From: Felis catus
Taxonomy: Eukaryota
Assembly: GCF_018350175.1 (NCBI RefSeq)
Contig: NC_058368.1
Location: forward strand, 178,748,001-178,812,000
Reading direction: 5' to 3'
DNA length: 64,000 bases
The notes beneath the pieces are model-generated. The model ran no database searches. It was not told where the DNA came from and was given only the letters and a program-made list of their open reading frames with translations. The position numbers were made by a program, and so were the translations under genes. Below, one piece after another: positions 12,400-27,489 of the stretch (positions are counted from its first letter, which is position 1; every line of letters begins with the position of its first letter).

Positions 12400-13315
12400 C
12401 TAGCTATCCATGTGGGGGTGAAGTAGTATCTTACTGTGGTTTTGATTTGCATTTCTCTGATGACTAATGTTTGCAAGCATCTTTTCATGTTTTATTGTCC
12501 ATTTGTAAACCTTCCTTGGAGAAATGTCTATTCAAATCCTTTGTCTCTTTTAAAAATGGGTTGTCTTTCTGTTATTGAGCTGTAAGAGTTCTTTATACAT
12601 TCTGGATACAAGTCCCTGGTTAGATATACAATTGGCAAATACTTTCTCTTACTCTGTGGCCTGTGTATGCACTCTCCTGTTGGTGTCCTTTGAAGCATGC
12701 AAGTTTTTAATTTTGATGAAGTATCTAACTTTTTCTTTGTTGCTTGTGCTTTTGGGTCAGATCAAAGAATTTCCTATACCTTCTACTTAGGTTCATATGC
12801 TTTTATGTCTTAAATTTAGATCTTTGATCCGGTTTGAGTTAATTTATGTATATGGTGTGAGGTAAGGTTTCAACTTTATTCACTCACATGTGGCTCTCCA
12901 GCTGTTTCAGCTTCATTTGCTGAAAAGATTTTTTTCCTTCTAGCGAATGGTTTGTACCCTTGTCAGAAGGAGTGGACAACAGATGTGTGGGTCTCTCAAC
13001 CTTATTTCACGTCCCTATGTCTACCTTTGTGACAGTACTACACAGTCTTAATTACTCTTGCTTTGTAGGAAGTTTTGAGATCAGGAAGTGGAAGTCCTCC
13101 TACTTTGTTCCTTTTTAAATTTTTTTTATTCAGGATTGTTTGTTCTGGATCCCTTATAGATCCATATGAATTTTAGAATCAGCTTGTCAATTTCTATAAA
13201 GTAATCGTCTGGGATCCTACTAGGAATTGCATTAGATCTGTAGATGAGTTTGGGGAGTGTTGTCATTTTCACAGTGTTAAGTCTTCTGATGTAGGAACAT
13301 GGGAATATATTCATT
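12400..13315 (-). mobile_element. Old L1 (L1M-type) ORF2 fragment
   Basis: Typical antisense L1 text (gttttgatttgcatttctctgatgactaatg...; gaaatgtctattcaaatcctttg). The minus-strand ORF RLNTVKMTTLPKLIYRSNAIPSRIP..F.EIDKLILKFIW resembles L1 ORF2. Confidence 0.88.
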
Positions 13316-14587
13316 CTTGAAGGATATTTTCTTATGTCTTGTGTTTGTGACTCAGGCAGCTAGTCAACAATGACAATTTTGTTCTTTCCATGGGCTACTT
13401 AAAAAAATGGCGAGGGGCCACCATAGACTCTTGGTTACTGCAGGGTCGTTGAGTCCCTAGCCTGGATGCTGAGCCAGGAAGCCAAGGCCTTATTGATAGG
13501 CTCTTATTGAGAGAGTGTAGAAAATGTCACCAGGTCAAGGGTAGGATCCATGCAGGTAACAAGAGACCAGGCTTACCTGAGGTGAGGGCCTTTATCATTG
13601 CCGGCAACATCTGTCACAAGTGCTGGCCAACCTACTCCTTCCAGAATGCAAATCACACCTGGACGGCCCCATAGGAGGGACCACCTGCTCCAGCCAGACA
13701 CAGATGGGGTCGTCCCCTTAAGGAAATGAACAGGAGAGAGCTGCCATGTCAGTAAATGTCAGAGCAGGAGCAGGTCTGACACTTTACCTCCAGGAACACA
13801 GAGAGGCCCAAATGCATCCCTCAGGCATTACTTTTGCTTGTTTTCATTTCATTTTGAGCCATAATCATGTCTTACCTATAATCTCTTCACTTGCTATGTT
13901 TTCTTGAAATCAAGTCACGGTTTCCTAAAATAAACATATTGGACCTTTATGTCATTACTTTGCAAAGTGAACCAGCATCTCTTGCTATAGAGAGAAGGCA
14001 ACAGTAAAAGTAAATACAATTAAACAAACTATTATTCAATTATCATGGGATATCATCTCCTCAAAGGGCTGTAAGCTTCTGTTAAAAAAGGAGATTAGCA
14101 AGATTAGGGAGGTGCTAAAGACAGGCCGGCGCCCAGCTGGGGATTTCTCCTCAGCTGAAACCAGGCCTGAACAGGGAAAAGACAAGCTTTGGCCCAAGGA
14201 TCGGTGTCATTTAACTCCTTGTCTATGAGTCACCTAAATCATCTTGTGTGCACCAGTGCCATGAGCCCCACATGCTCGGACATGCAGCTATACCTCATCA
14301 AGATTTCACAGGCATTCCATGAATAGTGAGGAGGGTGAGATGATCACCGTTATACTCATGAGAAACTTGTGGCCTCAGGGACTTGTCTCATACAGTGGCA
14401 GGAGCCAGGGTTTGGACTGAGGCAGTCACTTTCCAAAACGTGCAATGGTTTTATTGTCTGCTGCGTCCTCTCCCCCCACGAATCCAGCTTCTGGGACCCC
14501 AGCATGGAAGAGTTAGATTCAAGAGCTATCTCTCTTGGCCCCAAGTTCATTCCATGTCTCTCTTTGTGTCAGTAGTTTCTCTCCCAC

Positions 14588-14933
14588 GTAGGCTGGACTG
14601 AATTGTCCCCCCAAATTCATATGTTGAAGCCCTAACCCTAATGGGACTGTACTTGGAGACAGGGCTTTTAGGAGGTAACTAAGGTTAAATGAGGTCATAG
14701 GGGTGGGGACCTAATCCCACAGGACTCCAGAAATGTCTCTCTGTCTGCCATGTGAGGTCACAGCGAGAAGGGTGACCATCTCCCAGCCACGAAGAGGAAG
14801 CTCTCAGCAGAACCTGACCACACTGGCACCCTGATCTTGGACTTTCGGCTTGCAGAACTAAGAAATAAATGTCTGTTGTTTAAGCCATCCAGGCTATGGT
14901 ATTTTGTTATGGCAGCCCAAGCTGATGAAGACA
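14588..14933 (+). mobile_element. MaLR solo LTR (MLT1A/MST-like)
   Basis: ctgaattgtccccccaaattcatatgttgaagccctaaccc ... aataaatgtctgttgtttaagcca...ggtattttgttatggcagcccaagctgatgaagaca. Confidence 0.8.
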
Positions 14934-17540
14934 CCAGATCTGGGGGATTTAGGAATCTATGTTGTCATTGATATGGTCTCACCGACACTCCATGACAGTG
15001 CAGACAGCTCACAGAACCACCCTGGTCTCTCACACCTGCTCTATCACTAGGGTAAGGCCTCATTCTGTATGCCCATCGTCTGAGAAATGGAGATAATTCT
15101 CATCTACCTGTCAAGGTTCTTCTGGCCATCAGAATATGATCATGGATGTAAAGCAGATGGTCAAAGCTAAAAGGAGCTTAGGAGTTTAGTTTGTTCCACT
15201 CTTTCCTCTTCCAGGTGAGTAACTTAGGTGCTTGGGTCGGGGTGTTCTCCCCACCCACCCACCCACCCACACACACTGTCAAACACTTTCCTATCTCCAG
15301 GCACCATACTAAAGTGAAAGCTGCTGGAGAAAGCGAGACTGCTTTCCTTGTAGCAGCAGAAGAGTCATCTGTGTCCAAACTCACCCTGACGTGGATTGTG
15401 CCCTCTCCCCGCGGGCTCCACAGTCCCAGAGCCGAAACGGCTGGTTATGCTCTCTTCCCACGGTTAGCCCTATTAGCATTCCTCCCCCCTCTGCTCCACG
15501 TGTCCCATACCAGGCCATTACCCAGAGCCAAGACAGCACCATGTGTCCCTGTCATGTCAACCTCCAGAAGAAAGTGCCCCCCACCCCCCTTCATTCCAGC
15601 AGAACTCTCTGCCGAAGGATGCCACTCTTGTATTTATGGCACCATTTGCTTCCAACCATAGTTTCCTTCAGAATGTGTGGTCTTTTCTAAATAACGGCCA
15701 CCTCCCCTCCCTTCTCGCCAGAGGTGAGGCAGATTGAGAAAACTGGCAGGGCAGGGCCCAGCCTATATGGAAGACCTGGTCACAGACCTGGCAGGGTGGA
15801 AGAACTTGGCATGCCTGGGCGGCCGGTACCCAGCAATTTGCTCTGAGCTGCATTGGCTTGGTCAGGCAGCCCTATTAGGAAGATTAGTATTTCTCCTTTC
15901 CCTCTCATTTTTATTGTTGAAGGACCTTGGGCTTGTGGGCCAGATAGACCTGGGCACAAGTCTTGCCTCTGTGGGAATGTGAGCAAAACAAGGTCTCTAA
16001 GACACCTTTCCTTACCTGTTCAATGGGGAGAGTAATGCCCACCTGGCATTATTATTTTAGCATTTGGCTCATGGGAGGAGCTAAAACCGTAAGAGCTCTA
16101 ATATGAGCCCTTGCCTGTATCAGCACTTAAAGGTTTCTAAAGCTCATTCATATCCAATATCCAAACTCGTGCTTATTTTATAGAAGGGGAAACCGAGGCT
16201 TGGAGGGAGGGGGAGTGCTTTGAAGTGTGCAGTGATGAGTGGCAGGAGTCAGACCTGCGGCCATGGCTGTGGGTGAAAGGGCAGTGCTTCGGGGCAGCTG
16301 GGAGCTGACTGTCCTTCCCGGGCTCTCTGTCACAGGGAGTGCAAGCAGTGGCTCTCCCACCCCATCTTTCTGAGCATTTTCTCCAAGGTTAAGCTGGAAG
16401 TTAGTTGTCCACAGGAAATGTAAATCTGAGGCATGCCTGGGTCTAAGAGATTGGGAGATGCTGCCTCATTTATTTTTTCCGGTGCTATGTGCTGGGAGCT
16501 TTGAGAATTGTTCTGGATCCTGGGAGCCATAGTTGGGGAAGAGGGTCCTCAGGATCCACGGGGCTCTGGGAGGAGCTGGTAAGTGTGCTGGTCCACACTG
16601 TGGACAGCATAGGTCCTTTGAACCCCAAAGATCGTATGCTGAACATCGGTGACGTGTGCAAAACACAGAGGTTGGGGAGAAGTCTGCCATCTCCTCACAG
16701 GCAAGACATACGAGGTTTCCAAGGCAGTCAGTCCATCCCAGCAAGGATCCAGAAGGCAGGCAGTGTGCCTGGGTAAGGAATGGCCCCATGTCACTGCCCC
16801 AGCCTCTGGCCATTAGATAGAAAGGAACAAACATGTACAGCACGACCTAAATTGTATATCCATTTCCTCACTGCTGGGTCATTACAGACCAAGAGCCGCA
16901 GCAGGGGAGCGAGATGGGGATTACTCAAAGAGACAGACTCTCCTGACCACCTCCTGTGTGCCAGGCATTTTCAAATATAAATTCTCATTTAATTCTTGAA
17001 GGCTATGGTGATGGTAAGTAATGTCTAAGATTATGAACTTTGATATCCCGACTCTAGCATTTACTAGCCTGTGATGTTGGCCAAGTTACACTCTCTGATT
17101 CTTGGTTCCTTGTCCTTAAAACTAGGCTGACAATTACTGAAAAGTTGGTTGTGCAGGTTAAATGGGGTCCTCAGTAAAAAGCACCACATTTGATACCCAA
17201 TAAATGTGAATTCCTTGACTCTGCTCTGACCTACCAAATGAACATGCCCAGGGCAACAGAAGCAGGAAGCATGGGATAAAGATCTTCTCCATCACCTGTC
17301 CTCCAATACTGGAAGCCTTTGCAGACGAGAGACTCATCATTGGCCACCTCAAGGACTAGAGTGTCTGGTGCCAGAGAAGAGGGGTACCTTGTAGTAAGAG
17401 TTTGCTAACAAAGGCCATTTGACCTCTGTAAGCAGATTCTTATGTCCAGGGCAGGAGGACATGTTCAGTTGATCTGTCATCAAGGGTTATGGAATGATAG
17501 CTCCCTGGGCATAGTGCCAACATTGTTAAGCATTGGAGGG

Positions 17541-17983
17541 TGCACTGGATTAAATAGCATCCCCCCAAAAATTCATGTACACTCAGAAACTCAGAATGTG
17601 ATGTTATTTGGAAATAAGGTATCTATAGATATAATTAGTAAAGTTAAGATAAGGTCACACTGGGCCCTAAACCCAGTATGACTATTGTCCTTAGAAGAAA
17701 AGGACAAAAAAAAAAACAAAAAACCCACACACAGAAGAGGCCATATGAAGAGGCAGAGATCGGAGTGATGTGTCTACAAGCCAAGAAAGGTCAAGGATTG
17801 CTGGTGGCCGGAAGTTAGAAAGAAGCAAGGAAGGACGCCTCCCTAGAGCTTTTGGAAGGAGTCTGGCCCAGCCCACACCTTGGTTTTGGGCTCAGCCTTC
17901 AGAACTGTGAGGGAATATGTTTCTGTTGTTTTCATCTGCTCAGTTTGTGGTAATTTGTTATAATAGCTCTTAGAAATGAGTGC
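17541..17983 (+). mobile_element. MaLR solo LTR (MLT1B/C-like)
   Basis: ccccccaaaaattcatgt...gttatttggaaataagg ... gaactgtgag...ttctgttgtttt...cagtttgtggtaatttgtta. Confidence 0.78.
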
Positions 17984-18582
17984 AGGTTCTTCTGAGCCAC
18001 AGAAGGAGTTAGCCAGTTGAATGAAGGCTCAGTGATGTCGTTTAAGTAGGAGGATGTGACTTAGTAATAAAAGCTACTGTCTACTGAGTGATTGCCTCTG
18101 GTGCCTTACCGTCTTATTTCATTTATTTCTCATGGCGACTCTGCGGGGGTGCTAGTGTTATTCCCTTTTTACAAGCAAGGAAACTGAGGCTCCAGGAGGA
18201 GGTCACACAGATGGTAGATCTGAACCCAGTCTGTGTGACTCCAAGACTGTGTGGTTCGCACCCAAGAGGGGTTCCAGGAGCTAGTGCCACAGAGGAGCGT
18301 TCTCAGAGACTTCCTGGCCCGTGGCTGTCAACCTCACTAGTAGCATTTGAGGTCAGAACCTTGGGCTGTGCTTCTTGTAGATCTGCAGGAGGGGCCGGGA
18401 GCCTTCCTGGAGCTTAAGGTGAGGGGCACACAAATTGCAAATCCTTCTGTCTTGCCCTAGCACCCGGGTTAGGCTGGCCTCTAGCCTTGCTGCTGCCTCC
18501 TGCTGACACTGGGGGTGGGTGGGGCATAAGCTGGGAGAGTTGGGTTCTTTTAAAAACGACTTGTGTTGGCTTCATGTCTTTC

Positions 18583-19650
18583 TTATAATAACAACAAATT
18601 ACATTTAAAAAATAGAAAATATAGGCAAGGAAGCGCAAGGTGGGGGGTGGGGGGGCGGGGCAGGGAGACTATAGAACCAAAGAGAAAAAAAAAAAGAAAA
18701 CTTCGATCCATTTTAAAGTGGTTATTAACCTGATCAGATACCTTTCCAAATCCCCTTTCTTCTCCCCTCCTTCTCTCTGTCCCCCTTCCTGTGTTGTTTT
18801 CTTTCTTTCTCACTGGCACTCTTGATCTTTTTCTACCCCTTTCTCTGTGTGTGTTTTGCTCCATACATTTAAATACCCATAGCATATATTTGCATACATA
18901 GGGCATGTGACATATGGTTTTATAGCTTGCTCCCAGCCCCTCCCCTTTCAGTGCACCGTTTGCACCTTTCCAGGTAGATCTGCAGGATCTGGCTCCTCCC
19001 TTTTATCAGCTATGCACGATCCCGTGATTCTCGCTTGCCGCCGCTTATTTACTCGGTTTTTTGTTCACGAACATGCAAGGTATTCCACTGCTTGACTCAG
19101 ATGAACCTCCCCGACATGGACATACTCGCACATACAACTGCCTGCTCAGCTTCAAAAATAAAATTCCCAGGAGAGAAATTCCTAGGTCAAAAGAGATGCA
19201 CATGAGACACTTTCATGCACATTCTTGAAATCGTCCCTAAGAAGATCTCTCCGCCTGTTCTCCCGAGAGTGCGGGACGAGGGCACCTGTTCCCTCCCACG
19301 TGCAGCACAACAGCTATCACATGGTTAACGTGTGTGTGGTGGACAGGGCAGGTCATTCTTGCTTTCTTTCACATTTCTTTAATCATTAAACAGACTGGGT
19401 GTCCTTTCCTATGTGCGTTATCTATTTACTTTTCTTCTTGGGTGAAAATAGATTTTCTACTGGCAAGGACTTTATCTCAACTTGTCAGAGATCTTCCCGT
19501 GTTCGGATTGTTAAATTTTTGACGTGTATGCTGTACTACGTCCCTCCGTGTGTCCCTTTGATGGTGGCTGTGCCATCCAGACACATGCCATTTGTAAATA
19601 GTCAACTTTGTAAGTTGTTCTCTTACAGTTTCTGCCTCAGCTGTTGTGCA
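18583..19650 (-). mobile_element. Highly diverged L1 3'-region fragment (L1ME-like)
   Basis: T-rich plus strand with degenerate L1 3' motifs (tattccactg, gaaattcctaggtcaaa, tctatttacttttcttct). Boundaries are approximate. Confidence 0.45.
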
Positions 19651-20950
19651 AAGCAGGGGCTCTGTCTGTGCACGTTCTGGGAGCTCAGGTTGTACCCTAA
19701 AGCAGGAGGGGCTCTGCTTCCTTCACTGGCTGCATTTCGCTCCTGCGTGCTGAACCACTTGCATTTCCCTCTCTCTTCCCCCCGGCCTTTGCACATATTC
19801 TACCTCTGCCTGAGGGGCTCATTCCTTCTCTCTTTCCTACTGGGGAAAGAGGAGAAATCCTGCTGGGCCTTAAAGACCTTGCCCAAGTGTCATGGACTCC
19901 AGTGAGCCTGCCTGACCCCCTGCCCTGTGTTAGGTGCCTCCTCTATGCCATTCTGTTGGAGCACATGCCACAGGGAGCTGTGCTGAGGCATCGCTTGCCT
20001 GTCTCTCTGCCCGCCAGCCCACAGGCCCCTTGAGGTTGGGCCCGTGTATCGCTCACTATTAAATCTCCAGACCCCAATGGTCCTCACCACATAGTAGCTG
20101 CTCAATAGACATTTGATGAATAAACAAATCCATGAATGAGTTGTAGACCTGCCCAGTGTCAATGTCCTCCAGCCAAAGGCCACCAGGGACACATTTGTGG
20201 TTGAATAAGTTGGAGAATTGTGGGCCTCTCAGTGAGAGGGTATTAGAAAGGACTAGGCACTTCAGGAAGGGTGTCAGGAAATGAGGCTTTGCTCTGGCTC
20301 AAATGCTACCAGGAGGAGGTGGGGGCAAGCCTAAGATTGGGCATCTCAGTAAATTTTGCCTACAGGGAGGGAAGACCAGACTATGGCTGGCGTTGTAATT
20401 GATAAAGAAGCAGCAGCCCCTCGCAGGAGCCAGTATGGGGGACGTTTGGTCATTTTTGTAGCTTGAACACTGTCTATGTTTTGTCTGTGTTCACACACGA
20501 TTACGGAGGGGCTCGTTTGTGTCTTGATCTGTCCCGGTCGCCGAGTGAGTGGCCCTGCCTGATGCTGATGTTCTGAGAAATTGTTCATGTTCAGGAGAAC
20601 ACAAGCCTGGCTGTGAATACCAGGCAGGGTCCCTGGGTTTCTGACCAGCTGCCCACCTGCTCAGTCACCTGTCAGTGCCACCACTCCTCCCACCCTGGTC
20701 TGGCCTCCATCTTTGCCGTTCACCTCATGCTCTTGCCCACCGTCAAGACCTGCTCCTGGACGGGGTTTGATACGGGTGGTGGGGGAGGCATGTTGAAGTG
20801 CCAAGAATCCTGGACCACATAGGAAATCAGCACATTTGTGCCCGGACGTGTGTTCTATTATTAACGGGCAGCATGACGTTGGTCCAGCCCTCTCTCTCTC
20901 TGAGGGTTCAGTTTCCTCATCTTTGAAGTGATGGCCTTAGGACCAAACTT

Positions 20951-21162
20951 ATTTTTTTTTTTCAACGTTTATTTATTTTTTGCGACTGAGACAGAGCATG
21001 AATGGGGGAGAGGCAGAGAGAGAGGGAGACACAGAATTGGAAACAGGCTCCAGGCTCTGAACCATCAGCCCAGAGCCCGACGCGGGGCTCGAACTCACGG
21101 ACCGCGAGATCGTGACCTGGCTGAAGTCGGACGCTTAACCGACTGCGCCACCCAGGCGCCCC
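20951..21162 (-). mobile_element. Young SINEC_Fc-type SINE
   Basis: Near-consensus body. Perfect TSD aggaccaaactt at 20939-20950 and 21163-21174. Confidence 0.95.
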
Positions 21163-21314
21163 AGGACCAAACTTCTAATAGGTCCTTTTGTTCCACTCTG
21201 AAGGGGACTGAAAAACTTCATTATCCTCTGACAGAGGCATGTAAGTTTTTATTCCCTGTTGAAATGAATGGCTTCTGACCTCTAGGGACAAGTGTAGGGG
21301 TTAAATACACATGT

Positions 21315-21316
<2 letters not shown>

Positions 21317-21352
<36 letters not shown>
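21317..21352. repeat. (GT)18 microsatellite
   Basis: Read directly from the sequence. Confidence 0.95.
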
Positions 21353-21353
<1 letters not shown>

Positions 21354-23502
21354 GAGGGGATGATTTTCTGGCACTTCTAAACCCCACGATGAAGCAGCCC
21401 CCATGTTGCCCATTCCTAGGGTCACCTTTCAGTTTGGGAACTTGGGAACATGAGTATGGGGAGGGGGAGCCAAGGGTGGTCCTTTGATTCTTGGCTCTAG
21501 TCTCACCTCCTCCATGCAGCCTTCCTCCAACACACAGCAAGCCCTCATCTCAGACCCTTTACTGGTGTTGGTGGCCATGTGGTCAATGGAGAGCCAGACT
21601 GTAGTGGGGGGATAAATACAACGTCCAGCCAGAGCTCTGTGCACAGGGTTGAATGCTTGGTGGATGACCGGTCCTCCTTCATCCATCCCTTCCTTGCCCC
21701 TTCTCTCCAGCTCTCGTTTCTTCCCAGAGGACGAGGACCAAAAGCGGGGTAAGAAGCAGCCTGTGTAAGCTGACCAGGATGTCCTCTTCTTGACTTGGGC
21801 CTCTTGTGAGTCCTTTCCTGTGAGCTCCCGGCCTGCTACCATGAACTCCCCACGTTCAAGTGTCACAGTCCAGTGGCAAGGTCTTTGTGTTGTCACAGCC
21901 CTGCAGACATTCCTTTCACTGCCATCCCCACTGGATTCCTGGCTGAAGAGGAATGGAGACTTGAGTGCTGTGGCCTCGATTCTAAACCAGCATCTCCCAC
22001 CCTGCCAGGCTGGTGTCTCTGGGCCCCTTCCCACCCTGTGCCTTGCTAAGACTGAACCCGTGGCAGGCTTGCTGGGGAAGGGGTGAGGCCTGCAGAGCAA
22101 GGTGCCATTATCAATACAGAGGGTGGAGGTGCAGAGTCAGCTGGGGCAAATTTGGTGGCATCTAGTGTGACAGAAAGTCCTGGTCAGGGCTTAAAGACCT
22201 GAATTTCAGCTCTGCCTCTGCCCCATCTCCCGGGTGACATTTGTGAAGTCCCTTCTTCCCCCAGCCTCACATTTCCCATCTCTGCAGCGAGGGCACCACC
22301 ACTGTATCTGCCTCTACCACCAGAAGTCTGGCTCCCTGTGGAAAGGGATACCCCAGGAACGAATCTCAGGGGTCTCTAAAGAGGCCTGCTTTTTCTCTTT
22401 TCAGCTTTCCTGATTTTGCTCCCCTGTGACGAGGCTGGGCTTTCAGCACTAGGTGCAGTGGGTTAGAGTTTCAGCCACAGCAGCATTTGAATCCTGGCTG
22501 TGAGTCCTGGATCAAGTTACAGAATCTCTCCAGGCCTCAGTTTTCTCATCTCTAAAATGGAGATAATACTGTTGGTTTCATTGGATTATTCGAAGGATTA
22601 AATGCAACAAAACAAGCCAAGTCCTAACACAGCGCCTGACACATAGTAAACCTTTCATGTGTGCTGTTATTATCATCATTGTTATTGTTACTGTTGTTGT
22701 TTACCACCTGACCTCTGTTACTCTAGGGAAAGAGAGCTCCTGCCGAAGTCTGAGTGGGCAGCTTGGCATGGCTCATGCAGGTGGCCAGGGAGCCTGGGTT
22801 TGAACCTTCTGCATGCATGCCCCAGGCGGAGACTCCAACTAGAAGCTTCCAGCTGCCATGGACAGGTCCTTCAGCATGCACTGTGCCAGCAGCGCAGGGA
22901 ATCGCCAATATACACACACATGGGCTGCTGTGAGCATAAAAGAGCTCCCACCTGCACAGCACTTGGCCAGGTGCCTGCCTAGAGCCCTCAGTGAATCATA
23001 GCCAACAGCACTGTTGTCATTGCCACTAGGCGTAGCCATGTCCAAGGTGCAGGAGTCAGACGCCCTGGGCAGGGACAGGCTGTGGACTCCAGGCAAGTGG
23101 TTCAACCATCCTGATCCTCAGTTTTCTCCTTTGTATAATGGGACCAGTAGCACCCCTTTCACAGGGTTATGAGGGGGATTACACAGAGCACAGCTATGAG
23201 GGTTGCTTGAGCTGCAAAGACAGTCATGCTCAGTTCCTGTTTTGTGTCCAATATGGATGGCTTCCTTCATGCACTTACCCCATCCCTGCAAGTGCCCCTC
23301 TTTTCACTGGGGACACTTGTCCCATCTCCACGTTGGTGGCGAGGAAGACAGAATCCTCGACGCCCATTCTTTCTCTGTCTCCTGGCCCCAAAACCTTCAG
23401 CTCCAGGCTGCACTTGGCTCCACGATTAGTCGACCAGCAGCTAAGAGACAGGAAAACTCAAAAGGAAGGGACATGCACAGTGTTTTTTGTTTTTGTTTTT
23501 GT

Positions 23503-23508
23503 TTTAAT
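23503..23508 (-). terminator. FOXI1: Probable FOXI1 polyadenylation signal (ATTAAA), giving a 3'UTR of about 1.1 kb
   Basis: Plus-strand TTTAAT reads ATTAAA on the minus strand. It is preceded by U-rich/UGUA sequence and followed by GU/U-rich sequence (tgtgcatgtcccttcctttt). Not confirmed by transcript data. Confidence 0.5.
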
Positions 23509-24615
23509 TAAAAAGAAAATAAGAAAACAAAAACACTTCCCAGGGTATGCTGTGATGACACATCACGGGCGTGTAAATACATATAAAAATGAGAAAAAAG
23601 TCCCAGGAGCTGCAGGCATGGACCCCTGTGTAGTGGGCTATAGGTCCCTCCCTTGAGGCTTTGTTTCCTCAGACGTTCACCTCTCCCAGGCTATAAAAAA
23701 GGAAGCGCTCATTCAGCCTTGTTTCTCTTGGAAGACTCAGCCACTTTCAGCTCACTGGTCCATGACATGAACACAGGAAGCTGGGCTTTACAACATTTTG
23801 TAAGTGGACAGTGCTGGGGTGGGGGGCATGGGGTACATGACTCCTCTCCCTGCCCTGCTCAAGGTCTCTGGGGCTGGGGAAGTGATGTCCCCCTGTGGGG
23901 AGAGGTGGGACACACTGTCCTTCAGGGGCATGAGCTTGGGCTTTCCTCCTGAATGGCAGCAAAAGAAGTGCTTACAGGTAAGTTGGGAGCCCCAGAACAA
24001 GGACTTGGAGCAGGATGAGATGTGCCTGGGGCCAGGGCTAAATTTTGATGGACAGCCATAGGGCAGTGGATGTGCTTGCCTTATAAGCACCTGACACACT
24101 GACCTGCCTTGACTGTTCAACCAATTGTTCCATTCCTGCCTTTGTTCACCCGAACTCTGGGGGTCATACAGACCCAGACTTGACTCATGACTCTGTCACT
24201 TACTAATCTGTATAATCCTGTGAAGTTACTTAGCTTCCTAGAGCCTCAGTATCCTCATCTGTTAAAGGAGGAGATTCATTTGAACCCCACAGGGTAACTG
24301 TAAATAGTAAGTGTGATCATGCCTTTAAAGAGCCTAGCATAGCACCTGGCACATAGTAAGTACTCAACAAATGGCTGCCATGATTACTGCTATCAGGAGC
24401 ACCAGTATTTCCACTGCAAAGTTGGTGAGTGTGTGTGTGGACGTATGTGAGATAAACAGAAGGTTTACACAATGTTCTAGGGGAAGGATGAATTGCTCTG
24501 AGCTTCCTGTGTATGCCTGGGTAGTTGAGAGTCTTGGACCACAGTGATGCTGGCATGGGAGGCCTCAACTGCTTTCCTCCCATGCATGTCCATGTGGTTC
24601 AGGAGCTGTTCTGTT

Positions 24616-25175
24616 CTAAACCTCAGTGCCCTCCCTGGGGTAGAGGACACTGTTTGTGTTGATGCTGTTGTAGAAATGAGGGCTGAACTGGTTGAGGACA
24701 GAGCCTCCATAGCCGAGAGCGTTGGTGGGCATGGGGTTGGCCCATTCGCCCCCGCCCCCATGGCTGCTGAGGTTGGTGAGTGGGGTGTAGGAGCTGAAGT
24801 TCAGCAAGTTCTGTCCCAGCTTGTCAGCGGGCTCAGGGCTCAGTCCTGGTGTTGCCACAGGGCGGCTCACCGGGCTCGAACCGCTCACATAGGCTGTCAT
24901 GGTGGAGAGGAAGTTGTTGAGGCATGGGGTACCCGACGGGGGAGGTGAGGACTGCTTCTCTGGGGAGCTCGTGGTGCCTGGTGACGCACTGTCCAAGATG
25001 TCCTGGGCCTCTGCGGTCTTCGGGCTGCCCGCCAGGAGGCTGCTGTCTGTTTTCTCCGAGGCCAAGGATCCCGTGCTGGAGGAGACATCTGATTTTCTCT
25101 TCCTCTTCCTGCGGAAGTTTCCGTTATCGAACATCTTCTCACAGTTGGGATCCAGGGTCCAGTAATTCCCTTTGC
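24616..25175 (-). CDS. FOXI1: Forkhead box protein I1, coding exon 2 (560 nt including TAG)
   Basis: Acceptor ttttgtgccAG|GC joins in phase to give [28 protein letters not shown] (end of forkhead domain plus basic NLS). Ends [11 protein letters not shown], typical of FoxI. 577+560=1137 nt, 378 aa. Confidence 0.97.
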
Positions 25176-26467
25176 CTGGCACAAAAGTGGGAGAGGTTAA
25201 GTAGAGAGATGGACAAAACGCTCTGCTCCTGTTTCTGTGTAGCGTCACAAACTAAACACCAAAGAAACACACGCAAAAGGCAGAACAAAAGGCAGGGAGA
25301 GAGACACAGAGGAATAGTGTACAGAAAACACAGGGATCTTTAGCTCAGCTCCCTGCTCACAACTGGGCCCTCTGGGAGCACAGAGGCGTGAGCCATGAAA
25401 GTGCTTACAATGCGGGCCTCTGGGAGACGTTCAGGGGCTGGGGGAATGGAGAGGGAGGGGCTCCTTCCATTGCTGACGTGGAAGAAAACTAAGGAAACAC
25501 TTCAGGGCTCCCTGAAAGTTTTGGGCATGGAGTCCAAGGGTGGACTTGAGTCCTGGCTTTGCTCCTAAGTGGTGGAGGGACTTCGGGCAAGCCTCAGTTT
25601 CCTAGTCTGAAAAGTGGGTCGGTTGTACCAGTCCCTTCTTCCTCAGGCTGACTGTGAGAAAGGGCTGATGCTAGACGTGTAGCTGGGCTGCATCACCATG
25701 AGGTGCTGTCCAGAGGTAAGGCCTGAGCTCAGCCTGCGGGTGAGGCCAGTCATTGGACTGGACGCTTGCCTTCCCCTGGGGCCCCAATAGTTCTACCCTT
25801 GCTAGCCTCGAAGTGGGTGAAGGTGGGGGCTCTGAGCCATGCCCTGGCTTCCTGTGGGGGAAAAAGAATGGACTTCAATTCTGGGAAATGCATAGCTGAG
25901 TTTTTAACGGCCCTGTATGGCCATTCTGTATGGCCCTGAATTTTAGAAAGTCATCATTAAAAAGGAAAAGTTCACAGTCTTTGGTGGTAGACAGACCTCC
26001 ACTCAGCTTCAGGCTCCACGGCTATCCCTCCATTCTGTGTCACCTTAGGCAGGATGCCTCTAAGTGTCAGTCTCCTTATCTGTACAATGGGTTTAATAAG
26101 AGCTATCCTGCAGGGTTGCATTAAAGAAGGTTATGTACAGCAGGCAGCACAATGTGGCCCATGCTTATTCAACAAAGTTAGATCTTGTCCGAGAAGGCTG
26201 GGGGTGCACTTGGGCTTGGCCTAGTCCAACTCACCCCAAGGACTTTCTATGAGGTGAGGGCTGGGGACTCAGATTAATCATAACAGTTCCTATAGTCTAC
26301 TGGGTGCTTGTTAGCACCAAAATCCCTGCATACATTATTTCATGACCCCCATCACAGGCCTGGAAAGGAGCCACTGTTATCTTCCCTATTTTGCAGGTGG
26401 GGAAACTGAGGCTCAGGGACCTAAAATGCTGGAAGTCGCTGGCTGGTCCGTGGTCCAGGCAAGGTCA

Positions 26468-27470
<1,003 letters not shown>

Positions 27471-27489
27471 GTCCACAGTGCCCAGAGTG

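Noticed and set aside
21429..22100. 223-aa minus-strand ORF downstream of FOXI1
   Set aside because: Non-ATG start, no recognisable homology or domain, and no supporting exon structure.
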